A DNA stretch of 64,000 bases from Alkalispirochaeta sp. (GCA_965242725.1 CBDESZ010000007.1:73578-137577); one strand, 5' to 3'. Shown: positions 10,291-20,687, numbered from the stretch's first letter. The notes: generated by a model not told the origin, from the sequence alone. Numbers and translations: made by a program.

Positions 10291-11250
10291 TTAGTGCGCC
10301 TTCTGCCGCCCAAGCCAGTCGAGGAGCTGGCGGGTTGTTTCCTCCGGCTTCTCGTGCTGAATCCAATGTCCGCAGTCGAGGCTGATAACCTCCACATTGG
10401 GTACAAAGTCGGCCAGATTGGGAGACTTTCCGACCGTATCGCGGTCTCCATATACCATCAGCGCCGGCTGACGGATAATCGGGTCAGTCTTCCCCAGGAT
10501 GTGCCAGTTGCGATCGAGGTTCCGGTACCAGTTGATGCTGCTTGTGAATCCGGTGGTCCGAAAGGCGGAGACGTAAACGGCCAGGTCCTCGTCGCTCATG
10601 ACCGGCTCGCCCAGGGGGCTCTCCGCCCGGGCGAGATTGATGAGCATCATACCCGGTTGCGGCTCGGCGGCGGGTACGTTCTTCCGGTACAGGTTACGGA
10701 GGAACCGCTCGGTATATTCATCAAGTATGGCATCGGCGACGCCGGGCCGGCGATTGAAGTGGACAAAGTAATTGTCCTCACCGAAGACTTCTTCCATGAA
10801 TTCGATCCAGGGCTTTTCTCCACGCGCCTGGTAGGGCAGACTCAGGGCGATGACGTTGTGTACCCGATCCGGATGGAGCAGGGTCAATCCCCAGACGATC
10901 ATTGCACCCCAGTCATGTCCGACGAAGGTTGCGTTCCGATAGCCGAAATGGTCGAGGAGTGCCACAAGATCGCCCGACAAATGCTCGATGTCGTAGGCGG
11001 ATACGTCGGTGGGACGGGAAGAATTGCCGTAGCCCCGCTGGTTTGGAACGATTACGTGGTACCCCGCCGCGGCAAGGGCGGGCATTTGATGACGCCATGA
11101 ATAGGCAAGCTCCGGCCAGCCGTGACAGAGCACGATTGGATTTCCCGCGTTTTCGCGCCCCGCTTCAAACACTTCGAGATCCACGCCGTTTACCGAAATC
11201 GTGGTGGCCTCGGGAAAACTGCTCGCTCCGAACGAAATATTCGTTTCCAT
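10291..11250 (-). CDS. Alpha/beta hydrolase, epoxide hydrolase-like
   Basis: HGWPE, GHDWGA (Asp nucleophile), INWYRN, CGHWIQHE; start METNIS with AAGGAGG RBS. Confidence 0.92.
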   Translation of the reverse strand: METNISFGASSFPEATTISVNGVDLEVFEAGRENAGNPIVLCHGWPELAYSWRHQMPALAAAGYHVIVPNQRGYGNSSRPTDVSAYDIEHLSGDLVALLDHFGYRNATFVGHDWGAMIVWGLTLLHPDRVHNVIALSLPYQARGEKPWIEFMEEVFGEDNYFVHFNRRPGVADAILDEYTERFLRNLYRKNVPAAEPQPGMMLINLARAESPLGEPVMSDEDLAVYVSAFRTTGFTSSINWYRNLDRNWHILGKTDPIIRQPALMVYGDRDTVGKSPNLADFVPNVEVISLDCGHWIQHEKPEETTRQLLDWLGRQKAH

Positions 11251-11338
11251 ACCTGATAACCTCCTTGTGTTCCTGTCACCCACAGAATACACTCCATTTA
11301 GGACAGGATTCGCCCTGTACTGAAAAAAAGGAGAAATA

Positions 11339-12325
11339 ATGTACTCACCGACAATGCGCCTCCTTGCCGTACTTGAACTCCTTGAAACTTATGGGTCCGT
11401 CAGCGGCCCCGACATCGCACGAAGACTGGAAGTTGACCCGCGGACCGTCCGGAGATACATCGTAACCCTCCAGGATATGGGAATACCGATCGCGGCCGAG
11501 CGGGGACCCTACGGATCGTACCGGCTCCAGCGGGGAAGCCGCATGCCTCCGCTCATATTCAATGACTCCGAGGCGAGCGCGGTCATTCTCGGCCTGATGG
11601 CGATGCGGCACATGCACTTTCCCCTCGACGCCGCCGCCGTTGAGGGAGCCCTCGCAAAGACGGAACGCCTCCTCCCCGAGACGCTTTCGCGGTACGTCAA
11701 CGACCTGAAAGAGCTCATAAAGATCCACAGCCCGTCTTATTTTCCGGCGGCAAACATCGCCCACGGCGACTTTGTGCAGTTACTCGGCCGGGCAATTCAA
11801 AAGCACCGCCGAGCCGTACTTACCTACTCTTCCCGGACCGGCGCAACAACGGCCCGGGAAGTGGATCTCTACGGCCTGGTCCTCGTGGCGGGCACGTGGT
11901 ACGCCGCGGGGTATTGTCACCTGCGCCGGGACCTGCGGACCTTTCGCGTGGACCGGATTCTTTCGATTGAAACAACGGAAACGGCTTTTGATCGTCCCCC
12001 GGACTTCGATATGTTGAACTACGTCCTTGACTCCATCGAGCACTCCCGGACGAACTTTGAGGTGGAAGTGCTCCTGAACATCCCCATGGAGCACGCCCGG
12101 GGACTCTTTGCGTCGGAGGCTCACCTCCTTGAAGCGGCCGGCGAAGGTGTGCTCTACCGTCTGTCGACGTCCAGACTGGACTGGGTAGCACTCAGTCTCC
12201 TGGCAAAAGACGTCTCCTTTACCATCCGCAACCCTCCGGAACTGTATGAGGAGTTTCGCAGGATTGCTGCAAAGGCGGCGGAGGTCGCGGCCGATGTCGC
12301 GTCGCAGGAGAATGAAGGGACGTAA
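11339..12325 (+). CDS. YafY-family HTH-WYL transcriptional regulator
   Basis: LEVDPRTVRRYI HTH, PPLIF, WYAAGYCHLRRDLRTFRVDRI. Confidence 0.95.
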   Translation: MYSPTMRLLAVLELLETYGSVSGPDIARRLEVDPRTVRRYIVTLQDMGIPIAAERGPYGSYRLQRGSRMPPLIFNDSEASAVILGLMAMRHMHFPLDAAAVEGALAKTERLLPETLSRYVNDLKELIKIHSPSYFPAANIAHGDFVQLLGRAIQKHRRAVLTYSSRTGATTAREVDLYGLVLVAGTWYAAGYCHLRRDLRTFRVDRILSIETTETAFDRPPDFDMLNYVLDSIEHSRTNFEVEVLLNIPMEHARGLFASEAHLLEAAGEGVLYRLSTSRLDWVALSLLAKDVSFTIRNPPELYEEFRRIAAKAAEVAADVASQENEGT

Positions 12326-12334
12326 ATCGGATGA

Positions 12335-12357
12335 ACGGGGCGCTGAGGTCGCCCCGT
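12335..12357. terminator. Hairpin between convergent genes
   Basis: acggggcg-ctgaggt-cgccccgt. Confidence 0.55.
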
Positions 12358-12370
12358 CCCGTTACGCCCG

Positions 12371-14755
12371 TTACCGGTACGCCCCGGTGACGGAGGCGCG
12401 CCGGCCGTTCCGGAAGTCTATACGGTCCATGACGGCAACCCGTTCGTTTGTCTCGTCGAAGACAAATCCTTCCGGGAGCGTCAGGGTAATCGACTGATCA
12501 ACTCCCGGGTCCCAATCGTTTGCGTCAAGGGCGCCTGTAGAAATCTCCCAGTGTCCGGAAGCGTGCGGTTCAATGCGGATTTCTATTTCGCTCCAGCGGC
12601 AAAGATGCGTTCGGGATATGCCGTCATCCTCAAAAAGGACGAACGCCGTCGTTTCCGGCCCCGGATAGATATCGACAACGAGATCCGGGAAGAGCGCCGT
12701 CGCGAGGGACCGCGCCCCGGGAGCGCGGGGTATGACGGCCCCCTCCCTGACGAAAAAGGGAACGCTCTCATCGGGCACGTTCACGGCAACAGCTGTACCT
12801 CCCTCATGTAGCACGCCCTCACGGGGATCATACCAGCGCCGTCCGGCGGGAAGACGATACTGCGCCTTGGTACTCCCGGGCTGCAGGGGAAGGGCAACGA
12901 GGATCGCTTCCCCGTAGAGATACATCGGGTCGTCGCTGCGCAGTGCGGGATCGCCTGGAAACTCAACAAAGGGATGGCGCTGAATAGGTATCCCCCGTCG
13001 GTGTGCCTGCCACGCGTATGAGTATGTATAGGGCATGAACTCATAGTGCTGCAGCACCAGGGAGCGGAGGGCATCGGCGATCTCCGTGTACGACCACAGC
13101 TCGGTGGGTCGGGCGTCGTCGTTCCATGAGTGAATGACAAAGCGGGGTTGAAAGACCGCCGACTGACACCACCGAAGGAACTGTTCCGCCTCCGGCCGGG
13201 GACCAAAGAACCCGCCGATGTCGTGTCCAAAGAAGGGCATGCCGCTGAGACCGAAGGAACTGCCCATGAGGGTATTGTAATAGAGACTTTCCCAGGTTGA
13301 GGCGTTGTCCCCGCTCCATGTACGGGCGTAACGCTGTACCCCCATCGAACCCGCGCGGGTGATGATCCAGGGGCGGCTGTCGGGATCCATGGCGAGGGAT
13401 TCTCTCCAGGATGCACGATTCATCAGCAGCGGCATAGTGTGGCGCTGTGAATAGGCAGGCAGGGAGCTGTCCTCCACCTCGTATTCGTTGTTGTCGTTCC
13501 AGACACCGTCAAAGCCATTGTCCAGAAGCTGTGTTCTGAGATTGCGCCGCCACTCGGCCCGTCCCGATTCCGATCCGAAATCCCACAGCCCCGCGTCACC
13601 GCCCCAGTAATACTCTGTATAGACGCTGCCGTCGGCATTTTTCAGGAGGGCCCCGGCGTTTGAAAAGGCATCGAAGCGAGGATGTGTCGTGAGAATTCCG
13701 GGCTTGATGTTACATGCTATGTGGTATCCCCGCGTTCTCAGCCCCTTCAGGAACGTCGCCGGATCGGGAAACTTCTCCCTGTTCCATTCAAAGGTGAAAC
13801 GGCGGCCGCTTCGGGAGCGGTAGTATCCGCTGGACAGATACAACCCTTCGCAAGGAATTTCGAGACGCTCCACCGTTTCGAGGTACGCTTCAATGCGATC
13901 ACGGGCGTCGTCGGGTTCGGAATAGTCCATGGAACTGCCGAGAAAGCCGAAGGTGAAGGCCGGCGGAAAGGCGGGACGCCCGCTCAAATAGGTGTACCGC
14001 TCCAGCACCTCCCCATAGGTGTCACCAAGAAAGAGGACGTATCGATAGGGACCGTTTCTTACGGTGGCGGAGTAGTAGTACTCACTTTCAACACCGAGAT
14101 CGACGCTCACGATATCCGGCGCCGCAAAGGCCACGCCGATACACGTCCCGGTGCCGGGATTCTGTTTAATCATGAAGGGAACGGATTTATACAGGGGGTC
14201 CGCAAAGCGGGCACGATACCCGAGGGCGTCGCGGTTATGCATGAGAAATCGGCGCCCCCTCCGATCGACACCGCCGCTCTTGTCACCTAGGCCAAAGAAC
14301 CGGTCCCCGCCTTCCAGGGGGAAGTTGAATGCCGCAGTCACGTGATTGGGGGGCGTCCCGTGAATTCTCACGGGATATCGGGGCAATACCGTATCCTCCG
14401 ACCCGATGCGTCCGCCGTGCATGAGCGTATCATCCCGATAGAGCGCAACGTTACCGGAGTCAAAGTCGACCTCTATCCGTCGCCCTCCCCAGGCAATCAC
14501 GTCACGCTGCCCGCCGCCGTCTGCAACTCCCAGCTCTACCGGCGGCAGGTGATCCGGGGTGGCGCGCTCGTCGTCGTAGAGGAGCGCCGCCGCATGCTCC
14601 TGCTCCGGAAGAACGGGAAAGGCCGAGAAGTCGTAGCGCACCTCAAGAATGTCCGCCGCCAGCACCGTCAGGGTGAGTTCGCATCCTTCACCGCGATAGC
14701 GGAGGGAGAATTGTTCACGCCCCGCCCGTTGTAAGTTCTTCGGTACCTGTTTCAC
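12371..14755 (-). CDS. Glycoside hydrolase family 31 (alpha-glucosidase/alpha-xylosidase-like)
   Basis: DPLYKSVPF, WNDNNE nucleophile motif, TWSGDN, GHDIGGF. Confidence 0.92.
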   Translation of the reverse strand: MKQVPKNLQRAGREQFSLRYRGEGCELTLTVLAADILEVRYDFSAFPVLPEQEHAAALLYDDERATPDHLPPVELGVADGGGQRDVIAWGGRRIEVDFDSGNVALYRDDTLMHGGRIGSEDTVLPRYPVRIHGTPPNHVTAAFNFPLEGGDRFFGLGDKSGGVDRRGRRFLMHNRDALGYRARFADPLYKSVPFMIKQNPGTGTCIGVAFAAPDIVSVDLGVESEYYYSATVRNGPYRYVLFLGDTYGEVLERYTYLSGRPAFPPAFTFGFLGSSMDYSEPDDARDRIEAYLETVERLEIPCEGLYLSSGYYRSRSGRRFTFEWNREKFPDPATFLKGLRTRGYHIACNIKPGILTTHPRFDAFSNAGALLKNADGSVYTEYYWGGDAGLWDFGSESGRAEWRRNLRTQLLDNGFDGVWNDNNEYEVEDSSLPAYSQRHTMPLLMNRASWRESLAMDPDSRPWIITRAGSMGVQRYARTWSGDNASTWESLYYNTLMGSSFGLSGMPFFGHDIGGFFGPRPEAEQFLRWCQSAVFQPRFVIHSWNDDARPTELWSYTEIADALRSLVLQHYEFMPYTYSYAWQAHRRGIPIQRHPFVEFPGDPALRSDDPMYLYGEAILVALPLQPGSTKAQYRLPAGRRWYDPREGVLHEGGTAVAVNVPDESVPFFVREGAVIPRAPGARSLATALFPDLVVDIYPGPETTAFVLFEDDGISRTHLCRWSEIEIRIEPHASGHWEISTGALDANDWDPGVDQSITLTLPEGFVFDETNERVAVMDRIDFRNGRRASVTGAYR

Positions 14756-14756
14756 C

Positions 14757-15575
14757 TTAGTATTTCACTCCTCCCGCTGAAAGGCCTTGAATGAAGTATT
14801 TCTGAAAGAAGAGAAACACCAGGATCATCGGAATGATCGCAATGACGGTCATGGAAAGCAGACTCGACCAGTCGACGTTGTACTGTCCGACAAAGTTGGA
14901 GAGGGCGAGCTGAAGGGTATATTTCTTCTGTTGACTGATGACGATGAAGGGCCAGAGGAAATCGTTCCACCGCCACATAAAGGAAAAGATGGCGATGGTC
15001 GCAACGATCGGTTTTGCCAGGGGCAGAATGATCCGCTGAAAGATGAACCACTCCCCTCCGCCATCGATTCGGGCGGACTCGATCAACGAGTTGGGGATGG
15101 TCATTATGTACTGCCGTGCAAGAAAGACTCCCGTCGGTGTCGCCGCCGGGGGGATGATAATGCCCCAAAGGGTATTCAGGAGACCGAGATTCTTTTCGAG
15201 GAGAAAGATGGGCACCATGATGACCTGCAGGGGGATCATGAGGGTTGCGATCATGACGTAAAAGATCGTGTCCCTGCCGCGGAAGCGGTACTTGCTCAGG
15301 GCATAGCCCGCCATCGTGTTGATCATCACGGTGATGAAGGTGGAGACGACGGCGACAAAGGAGGAGTTGCCGATATAGGTGACAAACCGGCCGCTTTGGA
15401 AGGCCCTGACGTAGTTGCTGAGGGTCGGCTCCTCGGGGAAGAAGGTGAGGGGATAGGTAAAGAGCTCCGACTGCGTCTTGAGGGAGCTCAGGAATATCCA
15501 GAACACCGGAAAGAGAAAGATAATGAATAAGAGGAAGTACACTACGTAGCGCCCCGGAGTGGCCGTCTTATTCAT
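14757..15575 (-). CDS. Carbohydrate ABC permease (MalG-type)
   Basis: SLIESARIDG, WNDFLWP. Confidence 0.94.
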   Translation of the reverse strand: MNKTATPGRYVVYFLLFIIFLFPVFWIFLSSLKTQSELFTYPLTFFPEEPTLSNYVRAFQSGRFVTYIGNSSFVAVVSTFITVMINTMAGYALSKYRFRGRDTIFYVMIATLMIPLQVIMVPIFLLEKNLGLLNTLWGIIIPPAATPTGVFLARQYIMTIPNSLIESARIDGGGEWFIFQRIILPLAKPIVATIAIFSFMWRWNDFLWPFIVISQQKKYTLQLALSNFVGQYNVDWSSLLSMTVIAIIPMILVFLFFQKYFIQGLSAGGVKY

Positions 15576-16464
15576 TTGTGTACTCCCGATTCAGCCGAAA
15601 CTGAAGGACCGTCAGAATGCCGATGGCGATCATGAGCATAATCGCCATTGAAGAGGCGTATCCCATGCGATCCTCTTCAAAGGCGACCTGATACACATTC
15701 TGGACGAGCATCTTCGTGGAGGAACCGGGTCCGCCCTTTGTGAGGGTGTAAATCAATTCAAATGCCTTGAATGCGTTAATCGTCGCAAGGACGAGGACGA
15801 CAAGCATCGTGGGACGTATGAGGGGCAGTTTAATGTGCCGGAATACCTGATTGCGACTGGCGCCGTCTATCGCCGCCGCGGCAAAGAGATCATCCGGGAT
15901 CGCCTGTAATCCGCCGATAAACATCACCATGTAAAACCCGGTGAACATCCACACCGAAATGAAGACGAGGCTTGCATTGGCGGTAAAGGGAGTGGTGAGC
16001 CAGGGAACCGCCGTTCCGCCGAGAAGTCTTATCCCGTAGTTGAGGATGCCCAATTGGTCCCCGAGAATCCACCGCCAGATGATACCGACGATAATGAGGC
16101 TCAGCATCGTCGGCAGGTAGTAGGCTCCGCGGAATATTGCGATCCCCGGATGGTTGTCCGTCGTGAGAAGGGCTACACCGAGAGACGACACCGTCAGGAG
16201 GGGAACCACCAACAGGACGTAGCGAAGGGTGTTTCCGAAGGTCCGCCAGAACATCGGGTCCCCCAGGAGCTCCGCGAAGTTTGCAAGGCCGACAAACTCC
16301 TTGTCGCCGAGGATACTCCAATCGTACAGGGCGATTCGCAATCCGCCGACGGCGGGGATGACAATGAAAAGACCGAATATGAGAAGATTCGGCGCCAGAA
16401 AGAGCATCGGCGCGAGGGTCTGGTCAAAGGACCCCTTCAGCTGTTGTTTCTTCACCGGGAACAC
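15568..16464 (-). CDS. Carbohydrate ABC permease (MalF-type)
   Basis: DLFAAAAIDGAS, TLTKGGP. Confidence 0.94.
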   Translation of the reverse strand: MFPVKKQQLKGSFDQTLAPMLFLAPNLLIFGLFIVIPAVGGLRIALYDWSILGDKEFVGLANFAELLGDPMFWRTFGNTLRYVLLVVPLLTVSSLGVALLTTDNHPGIAIFRGAYYLPTMLSLIIVGIIWRWILGDQLGILNYGIRLLGGTAVPWLTTPFTANASLVFISVWMFTGFYMVMFIGGLQAIPDDLFAAAAIDGASRNQVFRHIKLPLIRPTMLVVLVLATINAFKAFELIYTLTKGGPGSSTKMLVQNVYQVAFEEDRMGYASSMAIMLMIAIGILTVLQFRLNREYTNE

Positions 16465-16536
16465 CTCATCGGAGCGGAAATCTCAGAAGTATATCCGACG
16501 GCTCGCGCCGCCGGATATAAAGGAACCGTCTATCCG

Positions 16537-17799
16537 TCAATCGTTAAAGAAAGTGTTCCCGCGATTGTGGATGTTCCGGGCAACCTGTTCCATCGTGATG
16601 TTTCCAAGGAGCCCTTCCACGATCTGTTCCCTGATGTAGGAATAGATCTGGTTCAATTCCGGGCTTTTCCAGTCTTCGGCGGTGATCGCCGGAGTTACCG
16701 CCAGGTCCGCCGCCATAGGACCAAAGTCGTCGGAACGCTGGGCGTATTCAATATCGACGTCGGTGCGGGCCGTCAGATTGAAGGTCTCCCGACAGTACAT
16801 CGCATTCTGCTCCGCCTCCGAAAAGTGGAGCATTAGGTCGATTGCGGCGGATTCATGCTCCGCCCCTTTAAAGGAGGCGATAAACTTCCCGCCGGCGACG
16901 GAACTGCGAATCCTGCGCTGGGGCATGCGTACCGCCGCCCATTCAAAATCCTCAACTTCCGCGGCGTATTTATTAATGACCCAGGACCCACCGATATGAC
17001 TTGCAACGAGTCCCGCCAGGAAGAGTTCCTGAGGATTCTCGGAACCAAGCCAGACGGACCGGGGAACGAGACCGTCATCATGGAGGCGTTTAAAAAAGGT
17101 CAGCGTATCGATCGCCTCAGGGGTATTGAAGTTCATCGCCGACTCATTATCGTTCAGGAACCGGCCGCCCGCTTCATAGAGCAAGGTCGACCAGCGGTGG
17201 GGGCTGTAGTCAAAGCCGAGTCCGTAATCGAGTCCCGGATTTTCCTCGACGACCGTTTGCAGGGCGTCATACCACTCGTCCCACGTCCAGTCTTCAGAGA
17301 GTTTGAGGATGTCGATACCGGCATTTTCAAAGAGGTCCACGTTGACGATCATGCCGTTCGCGGTGGCCTCCGTGGGAAGGGCGAGAATGTCGCCGTTATC
17401 GTGGGTAGCAAATGCGAGGGAAGCCTCATTGAATCCGGAAACGACGTCGTCAAGATTCTCGACGCGGCCATCAAGCGGCAGGAGTTGATCCACAAACATG
17501 GCGATGTGGTTATTGGTGACCCTGGCAAGGTCGGGCGGTGTGCCGCCCGCGATCATCAGTTTCAACCGCTGTTCATAGTCCTGAAACGGAACGAGCTGCA
17601 AATCGACGGTCACGTTCGGATTCGCTTCCAGGTATCCCTGGATCGTCTCCATAAAAACATCACTTTCATCGGCGTCATTGAACCAGAGAACCGTCAGCGT
17701 CACCTCTTCGTCGCCGGCATCTTCAGCCTGTCCCGACGCGAATAACGGCACCGCAAGCATAGCGATGCTCGTAAAGATCAAAAGGATACGTCGTACCAT
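16537..17799 (-). CDS. Sugar ABC substrate-binding protein
   Basis: GAGGAGG RBS, signal peptide LFASGQAE, GTPPDL, WTWDEW. Confidence 0.93.
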   Translation of the reverse strand: MVRRILLIFTSIAMLAVPLFASGQAEDAGDEEVTLTVLWFNDADESDVFMETIQGYLEANPNVTVDLQLVPFQDYEQRLKLMIAGGTPPDLARVTNNHIAMFVDQLLPLDGRVENLDDVVSGFNEASLAFATHDNGDILALPTEATANGMIVNVDLFENAGIDILKLSEDWTWDEWYDALQTVVEENPGLDYGLGFDYSPHRWSTLLYEAGGRFLNDNESAMNFNTPEAIDTLTFFKRLHDDGLVPRSVWLGSENPQELFLAGLVASHIGGSWVINKYAAEVEDFEWAAVRMPQRRIRSSVAGGKFIASFKGAEHESAAIDLMLHFSEAEQNAMYCRETFNLTARTDVDIEYAQRSDDFGPMAADLAVTPAITAEDWKSPELNQIYSYIREQIVEGLLGNITMEQVARNIHNRGNTFFND

Positions 17800-17819
17800 G
17801 GATACCTCCTCTATGATTC

Positions 17820-17893
17820 GTCAAATCGTTTTGACATCGTCAGGGTATGCCCCCTTTTGCGAGATGTCAAGGAAATTTGCAAAACGATTTGAT
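17820..17893. promoter_or_regulatory. Two LacI-type operators in the divergent promoter region
   Basis: GTCAAATCGTTTTGAC (17820-17835) and TGCAAAACGATTTGAT (17878-17893); central CG palindromes, inverted copies of each other. Confidence 0.75.
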
Positions 17894-17932
17894 AACTTGC
17901 AGTCTCACCGCTTCCCGCCGTACTATACGAGA

Positions 17933-18982
17933 GTGGCCAAGATTACCGATGTCGCAAAATACGCAGGCGTATCACCATCGACGGTCAGTCACGTATTGAG
18001 TGGGAATCGGCCGATCAGCCGGGAAACGCGGGAGCGCGTTCTCGCGGCGATTCACGAGCTTGACTACCACCCCAATCCAAACGCCCGGGCCCTCAAGGCG
18101 CGACAAAGCGGCATTATCGGCTTTTATGCGGCGGATATCACAGAACTCTTTGTAACCGAAATCATCCGGGGGGTGGAGTCGGTTATCGTGCCGCGGGACG
18201 AACACCTGCTGCTCGTATCGGGGGCGGAGTTCAACGGTGACATCGAACGGGCGCTGGCGTTCCTTGCGTCCCGGAAGGTCGACGGATATATCGTTTCCTA
18301 CGGAGTAAGCCAGGACGAAACGAGAACCGTTACCGTTCCATCCGACCGGCCGACGATCACCATTAACAGCCATCTCGACGCCACCATCCCGAGTATTCAG
18401 CCGGACAACAGACAGGGCGGATGGGATGCGATCGACCATCTCGCCGCGTGCGGCGCAAAACGGATTGCGATACTCGCCGGTCCCCCGGACCGCCCCGCCG
18501 GTCGTCTCCGCCTCGAGGGCGCGCTGGGCGCGGCTCGCGCTCTTCCCGCCGACGGCGCAACGGTACCCCCGGAACTCGTCCTTCACGTGGATTTCACCTT
18601 TGACGGCGGTTACCGGGGAATGCAGGAACTCCTGAAAAAAAAGGAATCCTTCGACGGCCTTTTCTGCGCCAATGACTACGTCGCGGCCGGAGCGATGACC
18701 GCCGCCGGAAAGCGGGGAATCAGGATTCCCGAGGCGCTGATTGTTGCAGGATTTGACGACCGCGAGTTTGCCTCCTTCTGGCCGACGCCGATATCTACCT
18801 TCCGTCAACCTCTCGCTCAAATGGGCCGCCTGGCGGCACAGTATCTTGAAGATCACATCCATCACGGGAAGGACATTCCTGGAGAGACATTGCTCTCAAG
18901 TGAACTCATTGCGCGGCGGAGTACGGAAGGGCCGTATTCGGCGTACAAGCAGACCGGCGACGTAGGGGGTAACCACGGATGA
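17933..18982 (+). CDS. LacI-family transcriptional regulator
   Basis: KITDVAKYAGVSPSTVSHVL HTH, GFDD; GTG start 6 nt after TACTAT. Confidence 0.95.
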   Translation: MAKITDVAKYAGVSPSTVSHVLSGNRPISRETRERVLAAIHELDYHPNPNARALKARQSGIIGFYAADITELFVTEIIRGVESVIVPRDEHLLLVSGAEFNGDIERALAFLASRKVDGYIVSYGVSQDETRTVTVPSDRPTITINSHLDATIPSIQPDNRQGGWDAIDHLAACGAKRIAILAGPPDRPAGRLRLEGALGAARALPADGATVPPELVLHVDFTFDGGYRGMQELLKKKESFDGLFCANDYVAAGAMTAAGKRGIRIPEALIVAGFDDREFASFWPTPISTFRQPLAQMGRLAAQYLEDHIHHGKDIPGETLLSSELIARRSTEGPYSAYKQTGDVGGNHG

Positions 18983-19039
18983 TACTTCCCGGGAAACGAC
19001 ATCCGCCGGTTTGTGTTCGATTGTCATAGGAGGCGCGGT

Positions 19040-19471
19040 GTGACCAGGATTGTACAGCTGAGAAATGAGGCGGAGTGGCGTGAAGCGTTTCCCGTGATGG
19101 GTCAACTGAGAACGCACCTTGATGAATCCGCATATCTCAACCACGTGAGGGATATGACCGCGGAGGGGTATCGGCTCTTCGCTCTGTACGAGGACACCGC
19201 GATAGTCGCCCTCGCGGGAGTGATTATCCTCACCAACTTGTACTACGGAAGACACGTCTACGTGTATGACCTGGTGACGGACGCCGCCCGTCGTTCCCGG
19301 GGCTACGGGGAGACGCTCTTGAACCACATCCACGATTGGGGCCGGGAACAGGGATGCCGGTGTGTCGCCCTGTCTTCGGGCCTGCAGCGGGAAGGGGCGC
19401 ACAGATTTTACGAGCAGAAAATGGGATATGACAGGCAAAGCTATGTGTTCAAGAAGGAATTGGCGGGATAG
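19040..19471 (+). CDS. GNAT N-acetyltransferase
   Basis: AGGAGG RBS; YVYDLVT...[16 protein letters not shown]. Confidence 0.9.
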   Translation: MTRIVQLRNEAEWREAFPVMGQLRTHLDESAYLNHVRDMTAEGYRLFALYEDTAIVALAGVIILTNLYYGRHVYVYDLVTDAARRSRGYGETLLNHIHDWGREQGCRCVALSSGLQREGAHRFYEQKMGYDRQSYVFKKELAG

Positions 19472-19511
19472 AAGCGAGGCCTCGGCGCCGATAGCATTCA
19501 GCCGGCGCACC

Positions 19512-19650
19512 GCGATCGGGTGTCACACTGACCGATCCGGGGTGCTTTGAGCGGACCAGCGCGAACTCAACCCGCCGTGACTCGAGCCTGACTGCGCTTC
19601 CGACCAGCTCGTGCTCAACCGCCTGCGTGATGAACTCCTTGAGCGGCGAC
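19512..19650 (-). pseudogene. Fragment of RHH/VapB-like antitoxin
   Basis: Translates PLKEFITQAVEHELVGSAVRLESRRVEFALVRSKHPGSVSVTPDR; in-frame stop just upstream and no start codon. Confidence 0.5.
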
Positions 19651-19674
19651 TTTTTTCACACGTGGAGACCTTCT

Positions 19675-20472
19675 CTACCATGAGCTGTTATGAAAATCGA
19701 GTTCACCCCGGAACGTCATATCTCCGAACCCTGCCTGACGGAAGTGATGTATCATCAGATACCGGTCGTTTGAAATCTCTACGTTCAGATATCGTAATTG
19801 CCGCTCGTGACAGATTCTTCGAAGCCGTTCCACTACATAGTACTCAAAGTTGAATACCCGGTATTGGCCGTCAATTTCGATGTCCTTAATAACCAGCCGT
19901 TTATCATAGAAATCGCGGATATCATCGAATACCGTTTCAATTACGGCGATTGTGAAACCGACAACGGATCCATCTTTTCGCAATATGAGCACAAACACAT
20001 CCGGCTTTTCGACAACCCCGGAGAAGCTGTCCCTGGTCATGAATTCGGGCATATAATCGCGGCTCGCCAACGTGTAGTATTTGTTCCGGACATTTCGTTT
20101 GCCTTCGGCAAACGCGACCAGATCATCAAAATCTTCCGTTGTGGCGTCAGAGATACTGACGAAGTTTTCTATCAGCATTGTGTCGTAGAGCGAAATCATC
20201 TCATGCAGATTCTTCCTGGTCGTCGTTCGCCTTTCCACGCGCTGTGTCGTCCCATACCAGTTCACGATTTCCAGATAGAGTTGATCCGCTTTCGTTCCGA
20301 ATCCCTGACTGCTGATGGGTGAGTAAAGACTTATTCTCCTGGTGCCTTTTCCGGATTTTGAAAGTGTATGAATTCTGCGCTCCAATCGAAGGTGGGTAAC
20401 ACCATTCCTGACTATTTGAAAAGCAGAATCGATCAGCATACCGAAAAATCGGGTTAATCGCCGTTCGTCCAT
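19675..20472 (-). CDS. Hypothetical protein with degenerate C-terminal GNAT-like fold
   Basis: ISDATTEDFDDL...VVGF...IKDIEIDGQYR...FRQAGF pattern; ~100-aa unknown N-terminus. Confidence 0.55.
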   Translation of the reverse strand: MDERRLTRFFGMLIDSAFQIVRNGVTHLRLERRIHTLSKSGKGTRRISLYSPISSQGFGTKADQLYLEIVNWYGTTQRVERRTTTRKNLHEMISLYDTMLIENFVSISDATTEDFDDLVAFAEGKRNVRNKYYTLASRDYMPEFMTRDSFSGVVEKPDVFVLILRKDGSVVGFTIAVIETVFDDIRDFYDKRLVIKDIEIDGQYRVFNFEYYVVERLRRICHERQLRYLNVEISNDRYLMIHHFRQAGFGDMTFRGELDFHNSSW

Positions 20473-20657
20473 GATGATTCTATTCTGACGTGAAACGACA
20501 TTTGTGAAAATCGACGGCGTACGTCGGAGAAATCGGGGCAGTACGTTGCCGGTGGATTACTCATGCTTCGGATTGTGTTAACCGCTTCCCGCCCATCGAC
20601 GTGGGTAGACCTGTGTACTAAATAAACACCTGTATGAGCGCTTAACGCGACGGCTTA

Positions 20658-20675
20658 TGTACAATATCCTGTACC
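20658..20675 (+). promoter_or_regulatory. YefM-type operator
   Basis: TGTACA-atatcc-TGTACC just upstream of the yefM RBS. Confidence 0.75.
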
Positions 20676-20687
20676 ACTGGAGACGAT

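Noticed and set aside
11339..12325. WYL protein as a marker of an anti-phage defence island
   Set aside because: It is YafY-type with detox-enzyme neighbours, and no defence genes are nearby.
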